Shown here in pieces: positions 1-12,529 of a DNA stretch of 64,000 nt. The notes under the pieces are model-generated. The model had not been told where the DNA came from, made no database searches, and was given only the letters and a program-made list of their open reading frames with translations. The position numbers and the translations under genes are program-made. Position 1 is the first letter of the stretch. Every line of letters starts with the position of its first letter. This DNA is from Octopus bimaculoides (Eukaryota), in assembly GCF_001194135.2 (NCBI RefSeq), contig NC_069001.1, forward strand, positions 6,003,586 through 6,067,585, given 5' to 3'.

Positions 1-34
<34 letters not shown>

Positions 35-249
35 CAATACATCACCTTTTCAACGCCATAACTTCCTGTACTCCTCTATGACATTGTCTTACTCTAAACG
101 TAGCATTTCTTTCTTTTACATGACCTGTAATTAGGTGAATCCAAGGAATCTTGGCAACATATTCGTCTGCTAGACTATTGTATTATCTTCTTATTTTATT
201 TTTCATTATTTTTACTATTTACTTCTTTTCATCTTCATATTCCACCTAT

Positions 250-585
250 TATTTTTACATGTGAGTGAGCGATCTCTTCTCTTTTTTATAAATTTGAACT
301 TTCTAGATATCTCTGTTTTCCGGGTGTTTATATTTAGATATACTTCATCAGTCCATTTTAGGTATGTTGTGATGAAAGCGTTTTAAAATAGCTATCAAGA
401 AAACAATCTTTTGTTTACAGGTTCTTTGGAATATTATCTCCTTGGTTTGCATTTATTTCTACGTAGAATCCAACTGGAATATCCCACAGTATTGTTGCTC
501 CGTCGCTTTTCAGATCCTTTTGTTATGTAGCCGCATACTCGACGTTTGTTTTGTTTTTTTCTGCTTTTCTGCTAAATATTCTTTT
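250..585 (-). mobile_element. Degraded R4/Dong-like non-LTR retrotransposon fragment (RLE domain)
   Basis: The minus strand reads ATILWDIPV...INAN...K.CFL and SKYKHPE, matching ILWD.P+.TD..I.ANRPD...CLLID and SKYKDLE; it is frameshifted. Confidence 0.6.
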
Positions 586-597
586 AGCTAAATGGTA

Positions 598-690
598 GTA
601 TTTTGTCGATTTTTTTCTACTTTAGGCATAAGGCTCGAAATTTTGTGGGGAAGGGACCAGTCGATTAGATCGACTCCCAATACGCAACTG
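598..690 (-). mobile_element. SINE family A, 3' part
   Basis: aggcataaggctcgaaattttgtggggaagggaccagtcgattagatcgac...aactggtactt is the reverse complement of the family A 3' half. Confidence 0.7.
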
Positions 691-1084
691 GTACTTACTG
701 CAGCGGACACTTACTCAAAGTGTCACGCAGTCGGACTGAACCGGAAACCATGTGATTCTTCCTTCCTGAGTCATCCAGATTGCTAGTACCGGTTTCCCGG
801 TTTCTATGGCGCATGTATTCCCCTCCTGGGCTGGAACAATATGGAGGAATTCCATCCACGTTTCGTGGTTCGCTCCCTCAACAGCTCCTTTATAGAATCC
901 AGTGGCTAAGGACATCATCAGGAGGAACCACATCCGGTTTCGGCCCCTACTACTCTACCGTCTTCGATGTGGCGGGGCCCCATTTTCGGAGGTGTCTTCA
1001 GCTCTGGTGTTGAGTGCATTTTTTCCTTTTTGTATTTTTTTTTTCTTTTTTGGCTTTTTGCTCTTTGGTTTCTTCGATGTAAAT

Positions 1085-1415
1085 GCGGCGTCACCCGGTC
1101 CAGGAATTGAAACCACAAACTTATAAACATGAGTCCAACACTCTAACCACTACGCCACACGCCTCTACAAAGTAAAGTTCCTTCCCGACTCATATAGACT
1201 CATAAGGCCGGCTTCCCGGTTTGCATGGCTTATATATTCTTCACCTGGGCAGGACACCGGTCCATCATAAGATCACTCATTTTGGCTCGCTGAGTGGACT
1301 GGAGCAACTTGAAATGGAATGTTTTCCTCAAGAACACAACGCGTCGCCCGGTCCAAAAATCGAAACCACAATCTTACAGTCATGAATTTAACACCCTAAC
1401 CACTAAGCCGCGCGC
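1085..1415 (-). mobile_element. SINE family C (tRNA-derived): one head at 1085-1170 plus a longer copy at 1170-1415
   Basis: The minus strand has GTGGC(G/T)TAGTGGTTAG (A-box) and GTTTC(G/A)ATT (B-box-like) followed by the ctccagtccactcagc body seen in other copies (63090-63565). Confidence 0.75.
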
Positions 1416-1749
1416 GTTACGTGGTTGCAAAGCGAGTTTCTTAACCACAGAGCCAAAACCCCGTGTTATCGTACAGATTCGTGTCAATGCCCTCATTGTA
1501 TCAGCTTCTGCTACTAAGTACAGTATTTTTTACGACCGTAACCACCATGCTAACGTAAGTTATCAATAAAATCAGTAACGCAAAGAAAACGCTCAGTTAT
1601 CACTCGATAGAACCTAAGCCTAAATTTAGTGTATGATAAAAAAAAAATCTTCGTTAAAGAGTAAGAAAAAGAAAAATGAAGAATGGGAGTATACGTTTAG
1701 CCTTTCTTTTCCCATGTTCGTACATTACAGCTTCGGCGGATCATTTGTC

Positions 1750-1985
1750 TTTTCGCGCAATCTCTCAAATGTTGTATGCACGTTCGTTCGTACTGGCTGT
1801 ACATCCGTATTTTGATAAAGTTTCTTGATAATGTGCAATGATAACTGCGCAATCTCTCGAATATCTCATGCATATTCCTTGTGTCTACACAGCTGTATCT
1901 TGATAACGCGTCTCATTTTCGTGTCTCATCTCTGAAAAATTTCATGCACATTTTTATTGTCTGTACATCCGTAGTTTTGATAATA
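1750..1985. repeat. Diverged ~85-90 bp tandem triplication
   Basis: cgcaatctctc...atgca...ctgtacatccgta..ttgataa recurs at about 1756, 1847 and 1925. Confidence 0.5.
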
Positions 1986-2084
1986 TTCCCGGGGGTGCTT
2001 TTATGCGGTCACTCTACCTGCAGGAAATAGCTGCCAAATCTCTTAAATTCAGCTCGATGTATAGGTATGTCTGACTACCTATCT

Positions 2085-2158
2085 ATGCACACACACACAT
2101 ATATACANNNNNNNNNNNNNNNNNNNNNATACTCCTACATACATATATACCTACATAT

Positions 2159-2217
<59 letters not shown>

Positions 2218-2350
2218 TGCGCATATACATACATATGAATAGATATTTTAGATTTAGCTAATATATGTTTGCGTTGTCTGTATGAATGTTATATATACAT
2301 ATAAACATATATTTAAACAAATATATGTATGTATATGAACATGTATACGC

Positions 2351-2395
<45 letters not shown>

Positions 2396-2975
2396 TATAC
2401 ACATATATGCATGCACGTATATACGTACATACACACGCATGCACACACAAATATACACGTATACAAATATAAACACATATATATATGTATGTACGTGTGT
2501 GTGTATACGTGTACGTGCATGTGTGTGCGTGTGTGTGCATATATACATAAATATATACAAAAATACATACATACAAACATAAATACATAAATAAGTATAT
2601 AGATATACACATGCGTGTGTGTGGAGACACATACAAGCATAAATACATACATACACATACATATATACATACATACATACATACATACAGACATACAGAC
2701 ATACGTACATACACACACACATGCATACATATATACATGCATACAAAATTACGTACATACATATATAATTATATACATACATACACATACATACATACAT
2801 ACATACATACATACATGCAGACATACGTACATACACACATGCATACATATATACATGCATACATACATACATACACATACATACATACATACATACATGC
2901 ACGCACGCACGCGCACGCACACATACATACATGCATACATACATACATATATACATACATACATATGCATACATA
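2085..2975. repeat. Mosaic (CA)n/(GT)n/(TACA)n/(TA)n microsatellite field
   Basis: Direct inspection; it explains the HT/CV/YI low-complexity ORFs. Confidence 0.95.
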
Positions 2976-3489
2976 TCTTTGGCAGACTTCTTTGATGTTC
3001 TGTCTCAAATATTCTGTTTTCTGTTACCATTCACCTAAACTACTAAAATATTGATAGGATGTAGTTTTGCCGTTCCATAGAAATACCTAATGTTTTATAT
3101 ACTTCCATAGTTATCTTCCATAGACGTTTCCAGGAGGCCACTAAAATATGTCTATCTCGTCATTAATCTCCTCTTTAAAACATATTCATGGAATCTTGTA
3201 TACCATTTGTCAACTATATTGCTGCCATTAATACTTAGAATATTTAATAATGTCTCCAATTATACCATTTTAATAAACCCTTGAGGTTCAAGAATTCTAC
3301 TGCATACAAGTTTTCATTGGTCCTCTTCTCTTCTCTCCCTCTCTATCTCTTTCTCTCGATATATAAATAAATGCATATATTTGCATACATACATTCATAC
3401 ACACAGACACACATACATACACACATATATATATTGTTTACTGTTCCGTTCAGGCAAGATCAACAAAGCATGTACACCATCAACTGATA

Positions 3490-3665
3490 TATATATATAT
3501 ATTGCATCATCTTTTACTTGTTTCAGTCATTAGACTGGGGCCATGCTGGGGCACAACCTTGAAGAATTTCTGTTGAATGAATCGACTCCAGTACTTATTT
3601 TTTCTTTTTATAGCCTGTTACTTATTCTATCCTACTCTTTTGCCGAACTGATTAAGTTACGAGGG
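3490..3665 (-). mobile_element. SINE family B, 3' part
   Basis: ttttacttgtttcagtcattagactggggccatgctggggcac...tttgccgaactgattaagttacg matches the reverse complement of the family B tail. Confidence 0.75.
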
Positions 3666-3682
3666 CATAAACACGCATATAG

Positions 3683-3799
<117 letters not shown>

Positions 3800-3846
3800 T
3801 GTTTGTATGTGTGCGTGTGTGTGTACACATATATATATGCATATAT

Positions 3847-3897
<51 letters not shown>

Positions 3898-3974
3898 ATA
3901 CATACATATATACATATATACGCGTGTATATAAATGTATGTTTGTATGTATGTATGTATTTTCTCTTTTGTGTT

Positions 3975-4575
3975 TAGTCATTCAAATTCTTCGTCTGAGG
4001 AAGGAACTAGTTTCTAACAAAGAGACAAAGCTCCATTGTTGGAATGTAGATGACAAAAACGATGTCATATTTTAAACTTGAGAAAAGTTTTGCATATTTT
4101 AATTGTTCTACTTACAGACTGTATTTGTGATATGCGAATTAGTTGGTTGATTTCTTTTTCCGAAAACCCTCGCTTGCCCAGATTGCCACTTGGGCATTTA
4201 CTCACATAACCAAGAGCAGCAATTATTATTGGCATAATTGTGAATTTATAATCTGGATATAGAAGCTAGAGATTTCAATACAGTTGTCCATAGTTATTTT
4301 CTTTTTCATTATTATTCCCTTTGATTTTGAAAGAGCTATTCATTTCAGCAAAGCAGCTACGATGGTGCATACTTTTTCTTGTCTGTCCCAAGCAACAATA
4401 TTCGGCCTATTATGTTTATACTTGATAGATGTTTTGATGGGAATGTTCCTCTAGTATTTCTTGTGTTGATCCTTGTGTACGTATTCAATTACAAGGAAGA
4501 TTCTCTTTATGTGTTCCAGGACAGTCTTTTACCCGAATGGCATTGTGTATTGTTTTTGGGACAACGTCATGTCGC
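3975..4575 (-). mobile_element. 3' end of an RLE-type non-LTR retrotransposon (subfamily distinct from the Dong-like copies)
   Basis: The minus strand reads MRHDVVPKTIHNAIRVKDCP...IPIKTSIKYKHNRPNIVAWDRQEKVCTI...EKENNYGQL..NL.LLYPDYKFTIMPIIIAALGYVSKC...GFSEKEINQLIR..QIQSVSRTIKICKTFLKFKI* (stop at 4065-4067). These are RHD, NRPD, EK..Y and PII.GALG motifs, followed by a ~90 nt putative 3' UTR. Confidence 0.8.
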
Positions 4576-4579
4576 ATAG

Positions 4580-4745
4580 TTTTAGTTTCCGTGCACCAAA
4601 TCCACTCACGGGTTTCTTTCAGTTTCCGTGCAGCAAATCCACTCACAAGCCCCTAGGCTATAGCAGAAGACACATGTTCAATGTGCTACGCAGTGGGACT
4701 GGACATGGAACCATGTTGTTGGACAGAAAAACTTCAACACTAAAG
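4580..4745 (-). mobile_element. SINE family B, 5' head
   Basis: tttctttcagtttccg...aaatccactcacaag...ctatagcagaagacac...cgcagtgggactg...aaccatgt. Confidence 0.75.
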
Positions 4746-4799
4746 CAAATCGGCATCAAAATATTAAACATCCTAATCAGAAGCCTTCACATACACACA

Positions 4800-4860
<61 letters not shown>

Positions 4861-5025
4861 ACACATATATATGCCTATATCAATGTATAGATCTTCAGGT
4901 TATCTTTGCATCTTATAGAATAGAGCTCCAGTCCATTTACGTATCTATATAGAACCGCAATCCATTGGTTCCTGTATCCAACTCCAAGCAATCTATTTAC
5001 CTCTCATTCCGTATCTATTTGTCCT

Positions 5026-5124
<99 letters not shown>

Positions 5125-5279
5125 CTTATACATACATACATACATACATACATACATACATACATACATACATACATACATGGAGACAGAGAGACATGGA
5201 GAGGGAATCAACGAAATAATAGTCTGCTTATAGTTTTAAGCGAGACACAGTCGCTACATAAATGACTTTTCTGTTTATT

Positions 5280-6350
5280 TGGGAACGGTGTTTACGGTTG
5301 CATTAATGTGTTTTATGAGAATATTAGTTGCACAATAGATGTATTCCAGCGACTTTTTAGATTCCAATACTAACTGGTGAAAAATTATATATTTCTATTG
5401 TTTTCAAGCTGCAGCAGTGATGTTACAGTGGAACAACAGTTCATGATTATTGACGTTTCGTCAAATAATTTCCAAGGTTCGCTCTGTTAATTAGAAGTTG
5501 ATCTTTACAACCATAAAATCCTCTACGGTACATTTTTCTTTGCGTCTTCCACTATTTGTGTGATTGCATTTTTCGAAATAAATATCCGTTCTCTTAGAAT
5601 ATTGAGACATAAAAGTTGTGGTGATATATGGTAATTGGTTAGTAACTTGATCTATTATATTTTGGTTATTCTTTGGGAGAAGTTAAATCGTACCTTCTGG
5701 TAACTATAATGGAATATCGTCTGTTTTATTCATAAGGGAGTGTATGGTATAAAATCAGCGGTTTTCTGGTGTGCTGATGTGAGATAATTTAAGGTAAGCG
5801 TGGCATTTATCTGACCCCCTAGAGATTTTCCCTTAAACACTACGTTAAAGTTATAATGGAGATTATTTATATGCCATTCCCGTAGTGGAGGTTACTTTTA
5901 TTTCCCTTCTTATTTCTTAATCTATTCAGTATTAGTGGTAAGAGCTTCTTTATTGATCCACATTCTCCACATCTTCAGGGTACTTATTCAATATATCTAT
6001 TGGCTATTTTCTGATTTTTTTCCTAAAGCTTTTTCGTGTTTGCTTAAAAAAACTTTTATATTGCTTTAAAAAAACTTAACTTTTATTTATTTATTATTAT
6101 TTTTAATCTTCTAACGCATTTGATCTTCATTCGGAGATTCTAATTTTCATATGATTTCGGTAATATCTATTGATTTTTTTATCTATTTTTTTTTTTCACA
6201 TTTCACAATTTTTTTACTTTATTTTTTTTTTTTTTTTTTTTCACTATCTTTTCAGATTTTCTTCCTGGAGTGTTTATTAAATATGTTTTCCTCACTTCTT
6301 TAAATTCTACGATTTCTCTTCCAATCTAAACCTTCTATGCTACAATTTCG
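5280..6350 (-). mobile_element. Degraded R4/Dong-like retrotransposon, N-terminal region plus start of RT
   Basis: The minus strand reads T.LLPKN..., PIT and GFYGCKDQLLINRA (conserved G.YGCKDQLL.N..ILE of R4-clade RT); many stops and frameshifts. Confidence 0.65.
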
Positions 6351-6494
6351 TTAATGTAGCTTCATCTGATACATTTTTTTTTTTAAAGAATAGAATTTCG
6401 GTTATTAGCAAATATGGCGGTAACATCAACGATGCCAATATGACAGAATCATAATAAACACAACGATACAAAGATGCATCGCTGACATATGTCA

Positions 6495-6607
6495 TGTCTG
6501 TCACTGACACCTGTCTGTCACTGACACCTGTCTGTCAATGACACCTGTCTGTCACTGACACCTGTCTGTCAATGACACATGCCTGTCAATGACACCTGTC
6601 TGACACA
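6495..6607. repeat. 17-bp minisatellite (gtca[c/a]tgacacctgtct) x~6
   Basis: Direct inspection; each unit contains the interrupted palindrome TGTCA-N-TGACA. Confidence 0.9.
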
Positions 6608-6654
6608 TACATATCTTCGATGGAGTTTGTTTTACAGATGCCATTTGTTGTCTT

Positions 6655-7075
6655 TTATCTTTTTTCTTTTACCTTTTACTTGTTTCGATCATTCAACTGC
6701 GACCATGCTGGGGCACCGCTGTGAAGAATTTCTAGCCAAATGAATCAACCCCAGTACTGTTTTTTAAAAAAAAAACGGTATTTATTCTGTTTCTTTTGCC
6801 GAGCCGCTAAGTTACGAAGACATAAACACACCAACATGGGTTATCGAGTGGTGGTATGCGACAAACACAGACACAAAGACATACACACATAGACAAATAT
6901 ATGTATACGACGGGCTTCTTTCAGTTTCTGTCTATCAAATCCACTCACGAGGTTTTGGTCGGCCTGAGGTTATAGTAAAAAATACTTGCTCAAGGTGCCA
7001 CGCAGAGGGACTGAACCGCAAAACCATGCGGTTGAGAAGCAAGCTTCTTACCAAACAGCCACGCCTGCGCCTGAT
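6655..7075 (-). mobile_element. SINE family B, near full length
   Basis: It runs from the tail (tttacttgtttcgatcatt..actgcgaccatgctggggcaccgc) to the tRNA-like head (cagccacgcctgcgc), with an internal CA-rich linker. Confidence 0.85.
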
Positions 7076-7664
7076 ACGCTATACGTCATTTAAAATATAG
7101 AACGTATTATATAATATACACTCTTTAAAAAATAGAATATACACCCTACAAAATATAGATTATATTGCATGATATACACCTTCAAAACCTTTTACATTTG
7201 GAATAGTTGATAAGATGTTAAATGTCTGTGGTTATGCAATAAGCCGTTGGGATATTAAGAGAAGCTACAATTCAACATTTTCTGTAAAAGGAAAACCGAA
7301 GAATGTTTCCCTAAGAAAAATAGCAAATGTTAATTTTATTACAAAATTTGGAAAATTGTTCTTTAATTTAAATATATTTTAAAAAAATATCACGGAACAT
7401 TATTGATTTGTTGAAATGGGTTACGATGGTAAAATTTTTCAGAAGCTCTTATCTAGAAGAGAACCATTTTTTTTTTTTCTTCTTTCATAAGCTGTATGAC
7501 TGGTGAAAAAATAAACTAACGAAAGTCAACAACATTTGATTCACGATTTCAAATCCACTTTCTAGCTACTTCATTTATGAGCTATTCATATATTTCGAAA
7601 ATGTTTCAGTTCAACAAAAACACCTCCTCTCCTTATGTATTTTAAAATGTCGTCAATATATTAC

Positions 7665-8115
7665 TTACGTTGCTAAGGCAACAAGTTGTTGGAATCGTTA
7701 GCATACCGGGCGAAAAGCTTAGCAGCATTTCAACCATTTCCATAGTCTGAGTTCAAATTCTGCCGAGGTCGACTTTACTTTCATCCTTCTGAGGTCGATA
7801 AAATAAACACTAGTTAAGCACTGAGGTTGATTTAATCGATTAGCCCCCTCCCCCGAAATTGCTGGCTTTGTGCCAAAATTTAAAATCAATATATTACTTA
7901 CGCTGGTAAGGCAGCAAGCTGGCGGAATTGTTAGCATGCCAGACAAAATGCTTAGTGGCATTTGGGTCCGTCATTACGTTCTGGGTTCAAATTCCGCCGA
8001 GGTCGACTTTGCCTTTCATCCGCTCGGAGCCGATAAAATAAATATCAGTTGGGCACTGGGGTAGACGTAAACTACTTCCCCAAACCTGCTGGTCTTCTGC
8101 CAAAATTTGAAACCA
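7665..8115 (+). mobile_element. Head-to-tail pair of family A tRNA-derived SINEs (7665-7880, 7903-8115)
   Basis: ggcagcaagctggcggaattgttagc (A-box-like), gttcaaattccgccgaggtcgactttgcctttcatcc (B-box-like), ending ccaaaatttgaaacc. Confidence 0.9.
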
Positions 8116-9043
8116 GTATATTATGTTGGTAAGGGGGTAACAACATTTCTGAGAAGCAGGCTGCGTGAGACATGGCTCGTCATCTGGTGAACTGCACTAC
8201 TAAAAATTTCAAGACAATTTTCAGTTAGGCGTGTCATTCACAAAATCTTGCGAGCCGCAAGTTGTTCATGACTGCTCAAGATTGAGTAACCTAACTACGG
8301 CAGTTTCTGGAAATCGTGTACCATGCTTCCGCTTGCATGGTACCATATTTCGATGATTATTAAGTGTCTGGTCTAGTTACGTACATATTTAGCCACTTTC
8401 TGGGCCCCTTTTTACCTGCCCCAGTAGAACATCCAGTATGTGACATCTGGAGGGAGAGAGGGCAATTCCGATACTAATTGGGTACTCAGTTTCCCTTCAG
8501 TAGACAATAACAATGAGAAATGAAGTGCCTTGTTCAAGGATTCAGAAGTTTGCCCAATCTACGGATGAAAGAAACCTACGCGTTCTCTTGTCGCGAACAT
8601 AATGCTCTAAACACTAGACAACGTTTCTTTCTAGTTACCTAAATCTGTAAACATTCTTAAGAAACTCACTAAGAGAATATAAATTAAATTTGGTACTGTT
8701 TAGAAGATTAGGCATTTTTTTTTTCTCTTTCTCTCTCTTCTTTTGAATGCTTCGAGAAATACAAACTTTGGTGGAATTTGTTAACAAAGAAAAAGTTCTT
8801 ACTTCATCATGGAAAACATTGTGTAACTATAGCAACTAAATTTAAAACAACAGCAACCTGTGGAATTATTAAGGATGTATTGAATGAATATTTTTAGACT
8901 GATAAAATATTCTTAGCACGCAAAATACTTAGGTTCGAGATTTCGACTGTTGTTAATATTATCCCCGCCATCATCACCATTATTATCTTTATTATTATTG
9001 TTGTTGTCGATTATGTTGATGCTGATGTTATTACTGTTGTTGA

Positions 9044-9046
<3 letters not shown>

Positions 9047-9118
<72 letters not shown>
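9047..9118. repeat. (TTA)n microsatellite
   Basis: Direct inspection. Confidence 0.95.
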
Positions 9119-9119
<1 letters not shown>

Positions 9120-9644
9120 TATCGTCGCTGTTTTTGTTTCGTTGTTGTTATTGCATCTTATATTTACGTATATGCTGTATGGCGTTTTTTCTTGTAGGTC
9201 TTCTTGCTGCATTTGTTTTTCTGTTTTTGTTTTTGTTTTTCTGTTGTTTCTTTTCTTTTTTTTTTCTTTTTAAGTTGTTGTTATTAATGGATTAATATAT
9301 GGAGTCGTCGTGCGATAGTGGTGGTGGTGGTGGCGGTAATAGTCGTAATAGCGATGGAATAGTGGTGGGAAAAGGTTGGCAATTTCAGTAGATGTGATAT
9401 TCGAGCTTTGCGCTTTTCAGTGTGAATGTAAAACGAGAGAAGCAAAAATATGTCTAACACCAAGAAACAGCGTCAATTATAACAACTGACTGTGAATATG
9501 TTTAGGATTTAGTCCTGTAAATCTTAACTCTGTTTTATTATTTCTACTCTATCATAATCAGAGAACTAAATATATTGCTATTTGAATATATGCACTGTGT
9601 GTTATGTATTGAATTTTTGGTTAAGTAGTTAGTAGTGTGTAGAG

Positions 9645-9750
9645 GAACGTGACTTAGTGGTTAAGGTGTTGTGCTCAAAATCGCAAGATTGCAGTTTCGA
9701 TTCTTGGACCGGGCGATGCGTATTGTTTCTTGAGCAAAACACTTCTTAAT
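9645..9750 (+). mobile_element. SINE family C head
   Basis: gtgacttagtggttaaggtgttg...gtttcgattcttggaccgggcg...ttcttgagcaaaacactt. Confidence 0.75.
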
Positions 9751-9823
9751 AGCCTTTTGGTAATTATGATACATCCTCTGGAGACAGAGATCATTTTAAT
9801 CAATTAGTAATTCATGTAATATA

Positions 9824-10440
9824 GGGCGGCGAGCTGACAATCGTTACCGCACCGGACATAGTGCTTAGCGGCATTTCGACCGTCTTTACGTTCTGAGTTC
9901 AAATGCGGCCGGGATCAACTAGCCTTTCATCCTTTCAGGGCCGATAAAGTAAGTACCAGTTGAAAACTTGGGTCAATGTAATCAACCTGCATTCGCTCTT
10001 GTATTTGCTGACCCTGTGCCAAAATTTGAAATCCCTATACTGATGTCCGGCGAACTGGCCGAATCGTTAGCACACCAGGCAAAAGGCTTCGCGGCATTTC
10101 ATCTGCCTTTGTGTTCTGAGTTCAAATGCCACTATCCTTTCGGGGTCTATAAAATGAGTACCTTTTATCCTTTCGGGGTCTATAAAATGAGTACCTTTTA
10201 TCCTTTCGGGGTCTATAAAATGAGTACCTTTTATCCTTTCGGGGTCTATAAAATGAGTACCTTTTATCCTTTCGGGGTCTATAAAATGAGTACCTTTTAT
10301 CCTTTCGGGGTCTATAAAATGAGTACCTTTTATCCTTTCGGGGGTCTATAAAATGAGTACCGGATGAGCACTGGAGCCAAAGCAATCGCTTTACCCCTTC
10401 CCCGGAAATTGTTGACCTTGTGCCAAAATTTGAAATCGGT
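9824..10440 (+). mobile_element. Head-to-tail family A SINE pair; the second copy carries an internal 33-bp tandem amplification
   Basis: Copies at 9824-10030 and 10047-10440. Confidence 0.88.
10133..10352 (+). repeat. 33-bp tandem repeat x~6.5 derived from the SINE core
   Basis: Unit tcctttcggggtctataaaatgagtacctttta, near-identical copies (the MSTFYPFGVYK repeat in the ORF track); compare the SINE consensus catcctttcggggtcgataaaataagtacc. Confidence 0.95.
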
Positions 10441-10811
10441 AGTTTATATTGTATGATATTTAATACACCTGTATTTCTCTATATTAGGATCTAACCTCAG
10501 TTTTTCTTTGTTATGGAGTTTGCCTTTTGTTTTGATTTGTTTTCAGTATCATTTTAGAATTTCCTCTGATATGGAAATTCTTTGAAGTATCTTTCGTGTT
10601 ATTTTATTGGCTGGGGAAAATATTTCCGTATGTGCTATTTGATTGGTGTTGAATAGTGATTATGTATAATAAGAGGTGTATATTTTGTGTGGCATTAATG
10701 AGTTTCAACTGCTTAGATTTCGAGTTGCGTGATTTGTGTGAACAGTGTGAGTTATGGCTGTTACAGTGTTGAATATCGGTTGGTGTCGTTCTGTTAAGTG
10801 ACGATCATATA

Positions 10812-11245
10812 GAAGTCACATTCGAAAAGTTTTGAGACGTTTTTTTTTAATTTCAATGAAATACAAAACTCCAATCTCTTTCATAGTAGATTTCTCTGAC
10901 TTCAATGCACATGTTGCAGCGCTCAGACCCCTTTGTAAACCCACCACCACCACCACCACCACCACCACCATGGAATTACTCCAAAAGTCACAGAGAGCAA
11001 GGGCTAAACTGTAGGGAGGATAAGGGACAGTTTTGATGCCCATCTCTGGTAATTGGTTACCAGAATGTTTGTCTCAGAGTACACTGGGAACAAACATTTC
11101 ACAAAATGTTGCATATGTTCCGATCTTCAAGAATAATAATGTGTACAGTTTGTCACACACCAACTCCAAACTGTATCCTTATTGTCCTTATAACGGTCTT
11201 CATTAAGAAAATTGCGAAATTTTTCAACCATCTCAGATGAGAAAG
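10812..11245 (-). mobile_element. Internally deleted mariner transposon remnant, split by an (ACC)n tract
   Basis: The minus strand reads FGVGV.TVHIIILED (HTH region), EMGIKTVPYPPYSLALALCDFW (the PPYSPDLAP.D motif) and ERCNMCIEVREIYYERD (the mariner C-terminus RW.KC+...G.YFE.D). A TIR-like end tagaagtcacattcgaaaagttttgagac lies at ~10810. Confidence 0.8.
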
Positions 11246-11261
11246 GATTATTATTATTATT

Positions 11262-11528
11262 TCTTTTGTTTGTTTATTTTTGTTCTTTTTCTTTTCACTT
11301 TTTCAAGTTCATTAAGAATGTCTTGTTTTGTTTGTTCTATCCGGTCTCACGATTAAAAGACTCCTCATCCATATTCTTAATCTGACTTTCAGCTTGAACC
11401 AGTTCTAACGTTATTCTGATACTTCCAAATATTTTGCAAAATTTCTTCCGGTGACAACTTGGTCACTAAGTTTTGTGGGGCTTTTTTCTATCACATTCAT
11501 TTTCATCTCTTTCTGAATCTGTAGTTTC
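11262..11528 (-). mobile_element. Probable N-terminal fragment of an R4/Dong-like ORF between two (TTA)n tracts
   Basis: The minus strand reads QAESQIKNMDE...QNKTFLMNLKK, resembling the RIRRY...QN..F..N.K motif upstream of R4-clade RT; weak. Confidence 0.35.
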
Positions 11529-11584
<56 letters not shown>

Positions 11585-11587
<3 letters not shown>

Positions 11588-12520
11588 CAGCGGTTTATTT
11601 TGATCTTCTTAGTTTAGACAGGCATGTCCCAGCAGATTGCTACCAAGTAATTGACCTGCACCCTCATTCATACACGTTTATTCCACTTCCAGTACGTTTT
11701 TATGTTGAAGTGTTAACGTGTTACCTAACGGACATAGTTATCGACTCAAACGTAATTGTAATTATATTTGGATTTGGCAAAGACTGAGCAGCTGGTGATG
11801 AAGTAGTCAACTTCCTTGAACTGATTGCAAAGAACATGAAGTTTGACATCTTTTACTGTTTTATTTCTATAGTTTTTTTCATTGCTAGGGCATTGTTCTT
11901 GCGCAGCTAGTATCAGGCCTTCAGTTTCTACTTCTGTATAGGAGTCTTTGAGCCATTATCTGCTTTCAACCTAGCTTACTTTCTCTGTCAGACTTTGCGA
12001 AATATTGGCTGTGGAGTGGGTTTTTCTCTCCATTTTCCCTTCAATATATTCTGAAATTCTAATTTGATTTTATATTTTGTTCCTTTTTAAACCTTTCAGT
12101 TGTTTTCCCGTTATCTAAATCTGTAATTTCAGTCTATTTAGTTTCTTGATTGTTCTTACTGTTTTATTATATTTGTGAAGAAAAGTGTCTTTTTGTTTTG
12201 TTCTGACTTCTACGTTTTCTTATTACACTTATCAGCTTTCCTTTGTTTGCTTCAAGATAATTTTTTAATCTTGCTATTGTTATTTATTTTGTTTTCTACT
12301 TGGATTCCTCCTCCTTGTGTGCGAATTATATTCTATCTATATTAGCTTTGGGGGTGCTGGCTACAGAATGCTATTAAGTCGTTTCCTGCGTTTTCTGTCT
12401 ATGCTTATCAAATCATTTAACTACTAGTTTATATTGAAGCTGCAATTTATAACAAGGTTTGTCTGGGATATTTATACATATCTTATTTCTAGCATTGAGT
12501 TCAGTTTTTAATATTAGACT
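11585..12520 (-). mobile_element. Degraded R4/Dong-like retrotransposon (RT thumb to CCHC to PD motif)
   Basis: The minus strand reads TELNARNKI, HPKANIDR, KWREKPLHSQY, WLKDSY.EVETEGLILAAQEQ, CNQFKEVDYFITSCSVFAK and ICWDMPV.T..IK.NR.DIII. It ends in the (TTA)n tract at 11529-11584. Confidence 0.85.
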
Positions 12521-12529
12521 GCCTCTAAG

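Noticed and set aside
9968-10385. ORFs with MSTFYPFGVYK or KDKRYSFYRPR repeats, superficially a repeat protein or CRISPR-like array
   Set aside because: This is a 33-bp tandem amplification of the SINE core; there are no unique spacers.
7190-10810. Possible Penelope-like fragments (7190-7450, 10500-10810) and a CR1-like piece at 52030-52200
   Set aside because: The resemblance is too weak to support by eye.
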